A stretch of 64,000 nt of DNA from a virus (IMGVR_UViG_3300008085_000023:64001-128000), one strand, 5' to 3'. Positions 28,221 to 35,550 are shown, counted from the stretch's first letter. Numbers and translations are program-made. Notes: generated from the sequence alone by a model not told the origin.

Positions 28221-28900
28221 TACATAAATTTTCCACGAAGACCATCTCGTTTGCGGCCTTTCGTGTGATGTTGTGTATTTTCGTATCTCTTAATCAATGC
28301 TTCTTTTACATTTTTTACATGCTCAAGTGTTTTTGGTGTGCCCTTAAGCGCGTTTTTTACAATTGCTCTTCGACAATTCTCTGAACAAGACATACGATCC
28401 AAGCTAATTGATTTACCACAGTTTTTACAAAGGCCAGAACCCCTTTTATTCCAAGCGCTTCTGCCTTTCACCCACCCTTTCGGAATAATGGTATCATTAG
28501 AAATTCGGCTATTCTCTTTAAGCTCGATATTAGAAATCCACATTGTTCCAAACGAGCCATTAAATTTACCAACGCGCTTCTTACCATTAGCGCGCCATGT
28601 ATCTAAGCACATTTTTCGAACCGCTTCATACATGCGGGAATTGCGAATATGAGGAATACCACGTTCTTCACATCTCATTGCCATCATATGACAAGCATGG
28701 GCCATCTGTTTATTTTTATATATTCTAAATAAAAGTAGATGAGCAATCCAATGTTCACGACCTGTTAAAATTACTATATTAGTTAAAGAATAATCACCAC
28801 CCATTGATTTGGGTAATATGTGATGCCGCTCGGTATAGCCTATGGCCGGGTGCTGAAGACGTGTATTGATTAGTGAATCGTAAATATATTTGTAGTTCAT
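28220..28900 (-). CDS. HNH homing endonuclease (Mob-like)
   Basis: YTERHHILPKSMGG...NIVILTGREHWIAH; start ATG 28900 after TATAAATA. Confidence 0.88.
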   Translation of the reverse strand: MNYKYIYDSLINTRLQHPAIGYTERHHILPKSMGGDYSLTNIVILTGREHWIAHLLLFRIYKNKQMAHACHMMAMRCEERGIPHIRNSRMYEAVRKMCLDTWRANGKKRVGKFNGSFGTMWISNIELKENSRISNDTIIPKGWVKGRSAWNKRGSGLCKNCGKSISLDRMSCSENCRRAIVKNALKGTPKTLEHVKNVKEALIKRYENTQHHTKGRKRDGLRGKFM

Positions 28901-28926
28901 AAGGTTATTTATATATTTGCGAACTT

Positions 28927-28984
28927 TCAAACCCCCACAATCTGCGTGTAAAACAGAGGTTCTAGACCTTTGAACTAACAGGGC
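28927..28984 (-). pseudogene. truncated tRNA-Val(TAC)
   Basis: acceptor 5' strand, D arm and anticodon arm present; breaks off in the T loop. Confidence 0.75.
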
Positions 28985-28992
28985 ATTAAAAT

Positions 28993-29083
28993 TGGCGGAT
29001 GGAGTGAGACTCGAACTCACACGTGTTTTACCACTAACTGTTTTCAAGACAGCAGCCCGTAGACCGACTTGGCTTATCCATCC
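28993..29083 (-). tRNA. tRNA-Ser(TGA)
   Basis: class II cloverleaf, CCA. Confidence 0.92.
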
Positions 29084-29093
29084 ATAAAAAATT

Positions 29094-29163
29094 GTTCGGT
29101 GTCCTACCGTTAGACGACCACCCCGCAGTGGAGTAAGCAGGACTCGAACCTGCATTTCCGAAC
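29094..29163 (-). ncRNA. circularly permuted tRNA-like RNA (YrlA-type topology)
   Basis: order T arm, loop-closed acceptor stem, D arm; ends pair as the anticodon stem. Confidence 0.8.
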
Positions 29164-29169
29164 GTTCAT

Positions 29170-29268
29170 TGGTCAGGGATGTGGGATTCGAACCCACGAG
29201 GCATACACGCTTAGTATACCTATCCGGTTCCAAGCCGGACGAAGATAACCAGACTCTTCCAATCCCTG
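29170..29268 (-). tRNA. tRNA-Pro(TGG) with long variable arm
   Basis: C1-G72, A73, CCA; about 26-nt paired variable arm. Confidence 0.85.
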
Positions 29269-29273
29269 TAAAT

Positions 29274-29348
29274 TGGTGCCCTCTGAGAGAATCAAACTCC
29301 CATCATTCGGTTCGTAGCCGAGTATTCTATTCGTTGAAATAAGAGGGC
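29274..29348 (-). tRNA. tRNA-Arg(ACG)
   Basis: cloverleaf, CCA. Confidence 0.85.
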
Positions 29349-29359
29349 ATCTTATAAAT

Positions 29360-29445
29360 TGGCACCTAGGGTAGGAGTCGAACCTACAGTTGACTTTCGT
29401 CGACGGGTTAACAGCCCGCTGCAATACCATTCTGCTCACCTAGGT
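29360..29445 (-). tRNA. tRNA-Asn(GTT) with long variable arm
   Basis: G73, CCA; GAC-GAAA-GTC variable hairpin. Confidence 0.83.
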
Positions 29446-29453
29446 ATTAAAAT

Positions 29454-29527
29454 TGGCGCCCCATAGGAGTATCGATCTCCTTCTGCTACCGTGACAGGGT
29501 AGTGTGCTTCCATTACACCAATGGGGC
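29454..29527 (-). tRNA. tRNA-Asp(GTC)
   Basis: cloverleaf, CCA. Confidence 0.9.
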
Positions 29528-29535
29528 TTGTAAAT

Positions 29536-29610
29536 TGGTGCGGCAACTGAGTAACGCTCTCAGAACTAATGGGTGGAAGCCATTCGTGTATCTATTAACA
29601 CCTCTGCCGC
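29536..29610 (-). tRNA. tRNA-Gly(TCC)
   Basis: cloverleaf, CCA; T-loop AGCGTTA. Confidence 0.83.
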
Positions 29611-29751
29611 TCGAAAAATGAGAGAGGATCCTTACCATCACTATTCTAAATTTGTGATGATCATTTAATTTCCGGATAGGAGAAGTCTTTAGAAACCTCT
29701 ACGTCCTTGCCCTACTCTGAAACCCCTCGTAACAGAATCAACAGGCAATAT

Positions 29752-29826
29752 TGGGTTGACCAACGGAAATCGAATCCGTATCCCCGCATTCACAGTGCAG
29801 TGCTTTTGCCGTTAAGCTATGGCCAA
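29752..29826 (-). tRNA. tRNA-His(GTG)
   Basis: cloverleaf, C73, CCA; no encoded G-1. Confidence 0.88.
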
Positions 29827-29837
29827 ATTGTAAAAAT

Positions 29838-29914
29838 TGGTGCCCCCATCGGGCTTCGAACCCGAATCGCCGGATTGAGAGTCCAGTATTCTATACCGTT
29901 TAAACTATGGGGAC
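29838..29914 (-). tRNA. tRNA-Glu(CTC)
   Basis: cloverleaf, CCA. Confidence 0.9.
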
Positions 29915-29921
29915 GATAAAT

Positions 29922-29996
29922 TGGTGCCTCCTGTAAAACTCGAACTTACAACGTCAGGTTCGTAGCCTGATGTGATATCCGTTTCACCAAAGAAGC
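29922..29996 (-). tRNA. tRNA-Arg(ACG)
   Basis: cloverleaf, CCA. Confidence 0.88.
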
Positions 29997-30005
29997 AATA
30001 CCGTA

Positions 30006-30674
30006 TTAAAACTTTATCTTACGGCCGATAAGCCAGCCCTCAGGCACCAGCATATCTTTTGGAACTCGTTTTGAGACCTTTTCATATGGGTTGTAAATCC
30101 ACTTGGTCCCAAATTGGGAATTCCGACTGCCCAATTGACTAATTTTATTAGCCGACCCGATTCTTTTCTTAGCATCTTCTGAATGAGTTTTGCCAAGAAA
30201 TGCTCGAGTATTCTTACGCTTTAAGAAATCTGGATCATCTTCAATTTTTAGTTTCAAACCCGTAACCCCTTGAATTGCGAGAATACTTCGCCAATTAGGA
30301 CCATACTTCGCCTTTAATTTTTCATCTGCAGCGATCCGGCCTTTACGGGCAACTTCAACGTTGGAAAATCCATTGAGATTGTTTTTATTGATTAAATCCC
30401 AACCTCCAGAACCACCAACCTTTAGGTTATATGTGTTTTCTTCAGTTAAGAAATCTTCATTAACGATCTCAGCTTCTTTAGCATACATGTCTTCAGGGTT
30501 GTCGTAAACGAACAAAATCTCTTTGGTAAAGTTTTCAATACCATTCTTCTTTTGAGCTCGTTTTAGATACTTACCTGAACCCATATAATTGTCATTCGGA
30601 TCAATGGTCTTATGGCTTCCAATATAGAACTTGCCATTGATCCGATTCGTTATCTTGTATATCGTATAGAACAT
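30006..30674 (-). CDS. GIY-YIG homing endonuclease (Seg-like)
   Basis: IYKITNRINGKFYIGSH, YMGSG, YNLKVGG, NUMOD3-like GKTHSED. Confidence 0.92.
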   Translation of the reverse strand: MFYTIYKITNRINGKFYIGSHKTIDPNDNYMGSGKYLKRAQKKNGIENFTKEILFVYDNPEDMYAKEAEIVNEDFLTEENTYNLKVGGSGGWDLINKNNLNGFSNVEVARKGRIAADEKLKAKYGPNWRSILAIQGVTGLKLKIEDDPDFLKRKNTRAFLGKTHSEDAKKRIGSANKISQLGSRNSQFGTKWIYNPYEKVSKRVPKDMLVPEGWLIGRKIKF

Positions 30675-30730
30675 AGAATTACTCCATGTTCTTATTTATA
30701 CAAGTTCGAGTCTTGACTAGACTCTGAAAG

Positions 30731-30803
30731 TAGCGGAGGTTGGAATCGAACCAACGTCACTGGGGTTATGAGCCGCAGCGGGGAACCAGCACCCCACTCT
30801 GCA
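30731..30803 (-). tRNA. tRNA-Met(CAT), initiator-like, degenerate
   Basis: 1:72 mismatch, loop CT-CAT-AA, bulged anticodon stem, no CCA. Confidence 0.7.
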
Positions 30804-30806
30804 AAT

Positions 30807-30881
30807 TGGTACCCCTGAGCGGTTTCGATCCGCCTCCCTTTGGGTGAAAACCAAAGATCCTAGCCAGTAGACGACAGGGGC
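30807..30881 (-). tRNA. tRNA-Glu(TTC)
   Basis: cloverleaf, CCA. Confidence 0.9.
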
Positions 30882-30893
30882 ATTAAAAATTGT

Positions 30894-30968
30894 TGGTGGA
30901 CGATGCCGAACTCGAATCGGCATCCTCTGAGTGCAGGTCAGAGATTCTAGCCTTTGAACTAATCGCCC
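30894..30968 (-). tRNA. tRNA-Ala(TGC), C33 variant
   Basis: G3-U70, CCA; loop CC-TGC-AC. Confidence 0.88.
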
Positions 30969-31118
30969 TTAAAATGAAAATATAATGATCTATGTTTTAG
31001 CTGTTGATCACGGTCTACAACCATATCAACAAATTTCGAAAATGATAATGTTGATAAGCAAAATTCAGCTTTAAGCTGAGAAATATACTTTGCGAACTTT
31101 GAACAACTTCTATGCAAT

Positions 31119-31196
31119 TGGTACGAGGAGAGGGCCTTGAACCCCCATATCAACTGGTTATAAGCCAGCCGGCTTCACCGATTTGCCTATCCTCGC
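31119..31196 (-). tRNA. tRNA-Ile(TAT)
   Basis: loop CT-TAT-AA, A73, CCA. Confidence 0.87.
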
Positions 31197-31203
31197 ATTA
31201 AAA

Positions 31204-31278
31204 TGGTCCGCGATGGTGGTAACGCACCACCTTTCCCTGTGTATCAGACAGGAGTAATAACTTTTATACTAATCGCGG
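31204..31278 (-). tRNA. tRNA-Ile(GAT)
   Basis: cloverleaf, CCA. Confidence 0.85.
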
Positions 31279-31284
31279 ATAAAT

Positions 31285-31359
31285 TGGCAGGTCCACCCAG
31301 ATTCGAACTGAGACAATGAGTTTTGGAGACTCTCGTGCTACGCATTACACTATGAACCT
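31285..31359 (-). tRNA. tRNA-Trp(CCA)
   Basis: cloverleaf, G73, CCA. Confidence 0.9.
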
Positions 31360-31369
31360 AACGTAAAAA

Positions 31370-31445
31370 TGGTACCCCCGTTCGGTAACGATCCGAATTC
31401 TTCCGGTTAAGAGCCGGAACATCATCCATATAATGTTTCGGGGGC
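31370..31445 (-). tRNA. tRNA-Lys(CTT)
   Basis: cloverleaf, CCA. Confidence 0.87.
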
Positions 31446-31540
31446 AACTTGAAAAAAGGACACTCGCATTTTTGATAACAAGGTTGTAGAGTGTCAGCTC
31501 TCTATCCTTGGATTTTTTCCAATTTTCAAAACTATATTCA

Positions 31541-31554
31541 ATTGTCAATGATCG
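31541..31554 (-). promoter_or_regulatory. boxA-like antitermination element
   Basis: CGATCATTGACAAT, 10/14 match to rrn boxA TGCTCTTTAACAAT. Confidence 0.5.
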
Positions 31555-31559
31555 ATAAC

Positions 31560-31591
31560 AAAAAAGCCTCTTGGCTTTTCAGCTAAGAGGC
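31560..31591 (-). terminator. intrinsic terminator (attenuator) upstream of tRNA array
   Basis: GCCTCTTAGCT-GAAA-AGCCAAGAGGC-TTTTTT. Confidence 0.9.
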
Positions 31592-31625
31592 AAACATAAA
31601 CGAGCTATGTATGCGTCTTAACCGA
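31579..31625 (-). promoter_or_regulatory. antiterminator hairpin overlapping leader stop codon
   Basis: 31625-31606 pairs with 31598-31579 at 18 of 20 positions. Confidence 0.8.
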
Positions 31626-31719
31626 CACCCTCATCAGGTGTAATTTCGGCATTATGTTTCCATTGTGTGGAACATGTCCCTGCCAGGGGATTACTAAATC
31701 TATATAACTTCTTTATCAT
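31618..31719 (-). CDS. leader peptide containing all 20 amino acids
   Basis: MIKKLYRFSNPLAGTCSTQWKHNAEITPDEGVG*; lies between promoters and attenuator. Confidence 0.8.
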   Translation of the reverse strand: MIKKLYRFSNPLAGTCSTQWKHNAEITPDEGVG

Positions 31720-31727
31720 TCTACTCT

Positions 31728-31735
31728 TATTTATA
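31728..31735 (-). promoter_or_regulatory. T4-type late promoter
   Basis: TATAAATA. Confidence 0.75.
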
Positions 31736-31790
31736 CAACTTACTGCCTTCAATCTCAAATTATTTTCAATTATTTTCAAACTCTGGTAAT

Positions 31791-31906
31791 ACTATACCAC
31801 AATGTCCGTGGATTGTACACCGTTATTTTTCAATAACCGCTGCTTTCAGGTTGCTATCCCTTTAGCATCTAGATCTAGTATAACACAATGGCCATGGCAT
31901 GTACAC
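31791..31906 (-). promoter_or_regulatory. two tandem early-type promoters for the tRNA operon
   Basis: GTGTACA-N17-TATAGT (31791-31820) and GTGTACA-N17-TATACT (31877-31906). Confidence 0.8.
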
Positions 31907-31996
31907 CATTATTTTCAGTTTTCGGTAACTTTTTTGCTAAGTTGGCCATTATCAGGTACTTAGGGCTAAAAATAGTTTCCCGTACCGCGCGCGCGC

Positions 31997-33391
31997 CTAT
32001 ATATTAAGATCGCACACGCCGCCTGCACATGCCTGAGAGCCCATTTCATCTGCCTTTATTAAAAAGCTCTCTTCCACGAGGTTCACCCAATCTACAGTTT
32101 TATATGTGCGTGATAGGTCACACCATAGTTTCCAGTTAGAAACATCCTTGAGGCAATACGTCATTTGACGAAGATCGCCATTGAAATAGCGATCAGCAAA
32201 CTGCCGGCCCCGGCGGATCCAATCCATTTTTGCCGTGCGGGAATGTATAAAATCGTTTGATGGACAATCATAAGCGTCTATTGGTTCAAATTCTGTGTTT
32301 TCGCCAACACCTAATAATGTATCACACGCACGATATAGATTCTTGAAAGCCGCTAGGCCATCAACAATCATTCCAGATGCAAACACTGAAGCATCTCCAT
32401 ACATTTTGACTAGTTCTAAAGGTGAGTATACAGCACAGAATGGCGCTTGGTCGTAGTCCTTATCACCTGCGAACGACAATAGGGAAATACCAGCAAAGCT
32501 TTTACGGTTACGATAAATGTAGCTTTCGACAGCATCCCATTCATTATCCTGAAGTGTGATAGTGTTAGAGACGTTATTCCGTACAAAGTCTCTAACGCAT
32601 AATTCCTTTGTTGTGCCTTCTTCGACCCAATTCATTTGAGTCAGTTTAACATGCTCAAGCAAATCAATAGCAGACATCTTATTCTTAACCTTAGCGCCAT
32701 CTGGCACCTCGCACAAGAAGGTGATGACTTCATCGGTATCGTTAGCGCTCCATACACTATCTTCAACAGCATCAATATTTACGGATTTGAAATGTTGTGC
32801 AGGAAACTCTAGTTTATTAGCTTGAACTCTACGCATATATCGTTTGGCGTGATGAGGATGAATTCCAGAAGCAGTTCCCAATATGCAGCTTGCGCTTCCG
32901 CTCGGTTTGACGCATGTGCAGCGTGCGGCGGGATTGATGCCTATAAGATTTGCTGTAATCCGATTCCACTTCTTGACGACTCTCGCGCCTTTTCGCTGAA
33001 TACGTTCATCAAACAATACTTCAGGATTATCCATCATACCTGTAATAGAAACACCAAGCAGAGCTTCGCGGCGGGTGATCTTTTCTGTTATTTCACCAAG
33101 ATATGGGAAGTCTGTATATCCTGCCTGAAGTGTACCCAGAATTGCGGCGGCCTTGCACGCATCATAAAACTTTTCTTCATCAGAAGCCTTCTTCCCATTA
33201 ATCTCTGTAAGGTTGCAAAACTGAAAGCCTGATTCTTCAGATCCATCATCATTATACCAAATGGGCCACATCCCGATTTCAACGCAGTTGTGTACAAGCA
33301 TTCCATTTGCAAAAAAGTTATGATTACTTTCTACAGTAATATCATATACATCTTCATTGCGTTCAATTGAGAGTCTTTTAACTTTGGACAC
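31997..33391 (-). CDS. nrdJ: ribonucleotide reductase (class II, NrdJ-type) C-terminal piece fused to IntC
   Basis: 35-aa IntC then CVEI, FCNLTEIN, TCVKPSG, C-terminal CAGGVC. Confidence 0.88.
   Translation of the reverse strand: MSKVKRLSIERNEDVYDITVESNHNFFANGMLVHNCVEIGMWPIWYNDDGSEESGFQFCNLTEINGKKASDEEKFYDACKAAAILGTLQAGYTDFPYLGEITEKITRREALLGVSITGMMDNPEVLFDERIQRKGARVVKKWNRITANLIGINPAARCTCVKPSGSASCILGTASGIHPHHAKRYMRRVQANKLEFPAQHFKSVNIDAVEDSVWSANDTDEVITFLCEVPDGAKVKNKMSAIDLLEHVKLTQMNWVEEGTTKELCVRDFVRNNVSNTITLQDNEWDAVESYIYRNRKSFAGISLLSFAGDKDYDQAPFCAVYSPLELVKMYGDASVFASGMIVDGLAAFKNLYRACDTLLGVGENTEFEPIDAYDCPSNDFIHSRTAKMDWIRRGRQFADRYFNGDLRQMTYCLKDVSNWKLWCDLSRTYKTVDWVNLVEESFLIKADEMGSQACAGGVCDLNI
33287..33391 (-). 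mobile_element. split intein C-fragment
   Basis: VYDITVESNHNFFANGMLVHN/C. Confidence 0.93.
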
Positions 33392-34142
33392 GTCTTACCT
33401 CTTTCCATTTCTGTAATTCTTTTTCATAAGTTGATCTTTCTTCAATAAATTTACAAATTGACTTTCCTTTAATAATGCAAACTTCAACATCAGTAATTTC
33501 ACTGAGGATAATGGCTTTATCTGAGTTATTATCCCAATATCCTTTAATCTCAACAATTTTTAACAAATTCCAGTTATCGTCATATAGAAAAAAATCCGGA
33601 CGATAGATTCGGCCATCTGGCATTACGTAATGCGTAACTTCAATTTTCCAATTTTGTTTAGTACGGTTGAGCCACTTCGCAAAGATGAATTCGTATGTTG
33701 ATCTTAACCAAACATCATTATTTGTTGTGCTATTATAAAAATACCCCTGAACACCTCGGGCGTTGTACTTTTTAATTTTACGTCTAATATCTGGATTAAA
33801 CCATCCACTATGCGTTTTCCATTCACTAATTGCTTTATCAGATCTTCTTTTTCGTAGAGCGTCAGTTACAACGGACTGTCCTTTGCGAAGTGGAATTTGA
33901 TATAGATTCATCACTTGGCGCATTAACATATATGACGTGTTCAATTCCTTAGCAATGACCTTTAGACCTTCTTTGTCTATTAGGTATCTTTTATTTAGCA
34001 AATCATACAATTCTTGACCTGTGGGTGAAAGCATTCTTTCATATCTGAAGTTTTGGCGCTCGTTCTGAGTAAAATTACACCAAAAGGGATGGCACGAATC
34101 ATATTTTCCATATAATCTATAAAATAACATTTGTGAATCCAT
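33378..34142 (-). CDS. free-standing PD-(D/E)XK endonuclease between intein halves
   Basis: RSTYE...YRPDFF...VEIKGYW; TATAAATA upstream. Confidence 0.82.
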   Translation of the reverse strand: MDSQMLFYRLYGKYDSCHPFWCNFTQNERQNFRYERMLSPTGQELYDLLNKRYLIDKEGLKVIAKELNTSYMLMRQVMNLYQIPLRKGQSVVTDALRKRRSDKAISEWKTHSGWFNPDIRRKIKKYNARGVQGYFYNSTTNNDVWLRSTYEFIFAKWLNRTKQNWKIEVTHYVMPDGRIYRPDFFLYDDNWNLLKIVEIKGYWDNNSDKAIILSEITDVEVCIIKGKSICKFIEERSTYEKELQKWKEVRRVQS

Positions 34143-34157
34143 GTTATTATTTATAAA

Positions 34158-35465
34158 TCATAGAATTTCAACATCATCGTCTTCTGTCAAATCTTTTGCT
34201 TCAACATATCCTCTATTAGTTGTCCATATCTTATGATCGGGCGTGCATTTAAGAAACTGACCATTGCATAATTCAATTTTAACTATTTCCGCGTCAGCAC
34301 GAGTCATCGCAGCATTAGTAATCGTTTTCCATTCACGAACGTTAGTCTCAATATTCATACTTAATGCTTCTAGCGTAACCTTCTTCGATATAAACAAACT
34401 AACCAAAACGTCCATTCGCACAAGCCGTTCTTCGCCATTCACTTTTACGTTGACCAATGTATCAGCAGTCACGCATGGGTTTACACTTACATTTTCATGC
34501 TCGGCCCATACAAACCCCGGCTCGCCGAATTCGCGGGTCTGTTTGAATAGATCTGCAAATTGCTGACGACCCACATCATTTCGAATAAGAAGAGCGCTGT
34601 TATTACTTCGAGCACGCTGGGGATTAGTCAGGAACCAATCTCCAGTTTTTGCCATGGCCATTTCTGTATCTTCTGGCGAAAACAAATTGATACAAGCGGA
34701 TCTACGGATACCACCTGACAGAACCGAGTCAGAGATGTGCATCAGAATATCATAGCAGTCAATTGGAGGTAACTGGACGGTTCCAGAATCACTTGATTCT
34801 ATTCGCCTATTAATCAACCCCTGTATACGCTCCAACGCCCTCTCGAGGCCCTCAGGACCAGGTGCAATTCCACCCCAACTGATCAAAGAACCTCTTGGAC
34901 GAATCTTGGAAAAATCAAATTCAATGTGCCAACCGAAGTATTCTGGAAATGGCTGATCTTCAACAAAGAAGGAAGACATAAGAACACCAACAGCATCGGC
35001 CCAACCTTCGACACTATCTTCAACGACATACTTTTTAGCACCAACGGTTTCGCGATATACTCGTTTTTGAACCTTTGGCAACTTGTTGACATGACAATAC
35101 TGCGTCGAAAATCCTACACCAACTCCACACAGCAAAAGGTATAGGGCTTCTTGGAATGCCCGAGGGCGGTCAACATGACCAGATGAGCAATTATAGATTC
35201 GTTCGTTTTTCTTAAGGATAGCTTCTCCTCCAAATTGCAATGCTCGCTGTGAACCAAGGATTGTCTTTGAAGCCAATGCCCGTTCTGCAATAGAAATGAG
35301 CTCGCGAAGTTCTTCCGACTGTGCAAGCTCATTTACATATTTTCTACGGTGCATATCAAAAACCCGATCCACTGTTTCGCGGAATGTTTCACGACGTTTC
35401 TTCTCTGGAAGATGACGCGCATAGCGTGAATAAAAAATGTAATCCTGTAACGCTCGAATGCTCAT
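34158..35465 (-). CDS. nrdJ: ribonucleotide reductase N-terminal piece fused to IntN
   Basis: SRYAR..RRET, YNCS, GVGVGFS, GGIRRSA, GEPG, NP then intein. Confidence 0.88.
   Translation of the reverse strand: MSIRALQDYIFYSRYARHLPEKKRRETFRETVDRVFDMHRRKYVNELAQSEELRELISIAERALASKTILGSQRALQFGGEAILKKNERIYNCSSGHVDRPRAFQEALYLLLCGVGVGFSTQYCHVNKLPKVQKRVYRETVGAKKYVVEDSVEGWADAVGVLMSSFFVEDQPFPEYFGWHIEFDFSKIRPRGSLISWGGIAPGPEGLERALERIQGLINRRIESSDSGTVQLPPIDCYDILMHISDSVLSGGIRRSACINLFSPEDTEMAMAKTGDWFLTNPQRARSNNSALLIRNDVGRQQFADLFKQTREFGEPGFVWAEHENVSVNPCVTADTLVNVKVNGEERLVRMDVLVSLFISKKVTLEALSMNIETNVREWKTITNAAMTRADAEIVKIELCNGQFLKCTPDHKIWTTNRGYVEAKDLTEDDDVEIL
34161..34475 (-). mobile_element. split intein N-fragment (105 aa)
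   Basis: CVTADT...CTPDHKIWTTNRGYVEAKDL then stop. Confidence 0.93.
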
Positions 35466-35498
35466 GTTAGTTTCCTTTTACTTATTAAATCATGTTCT

Positions 35499-35528
35499 AT
35501 CTTATCACATAATTCAAGTCTTGTACAC
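35499..35528 (-). promoter_or_regulatory. early-type promoter
   Basis: GTGTACA-N17-TAAGAT. Confidence 0.75.
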
Positions 35529-35550
35529 TGTTATTATGGGAATGATGTTC

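Noticed and set aside
28901-29233. N-terminal extension of the 337-aa HNH ORF
   Set aside because: It runs through tRNA genes; the supported start is ATG 28900.
25934-31548. Short ORFs across the tRNA array
   Set aside because: They overlap tRNA genes and lack start signals or protein motifs.
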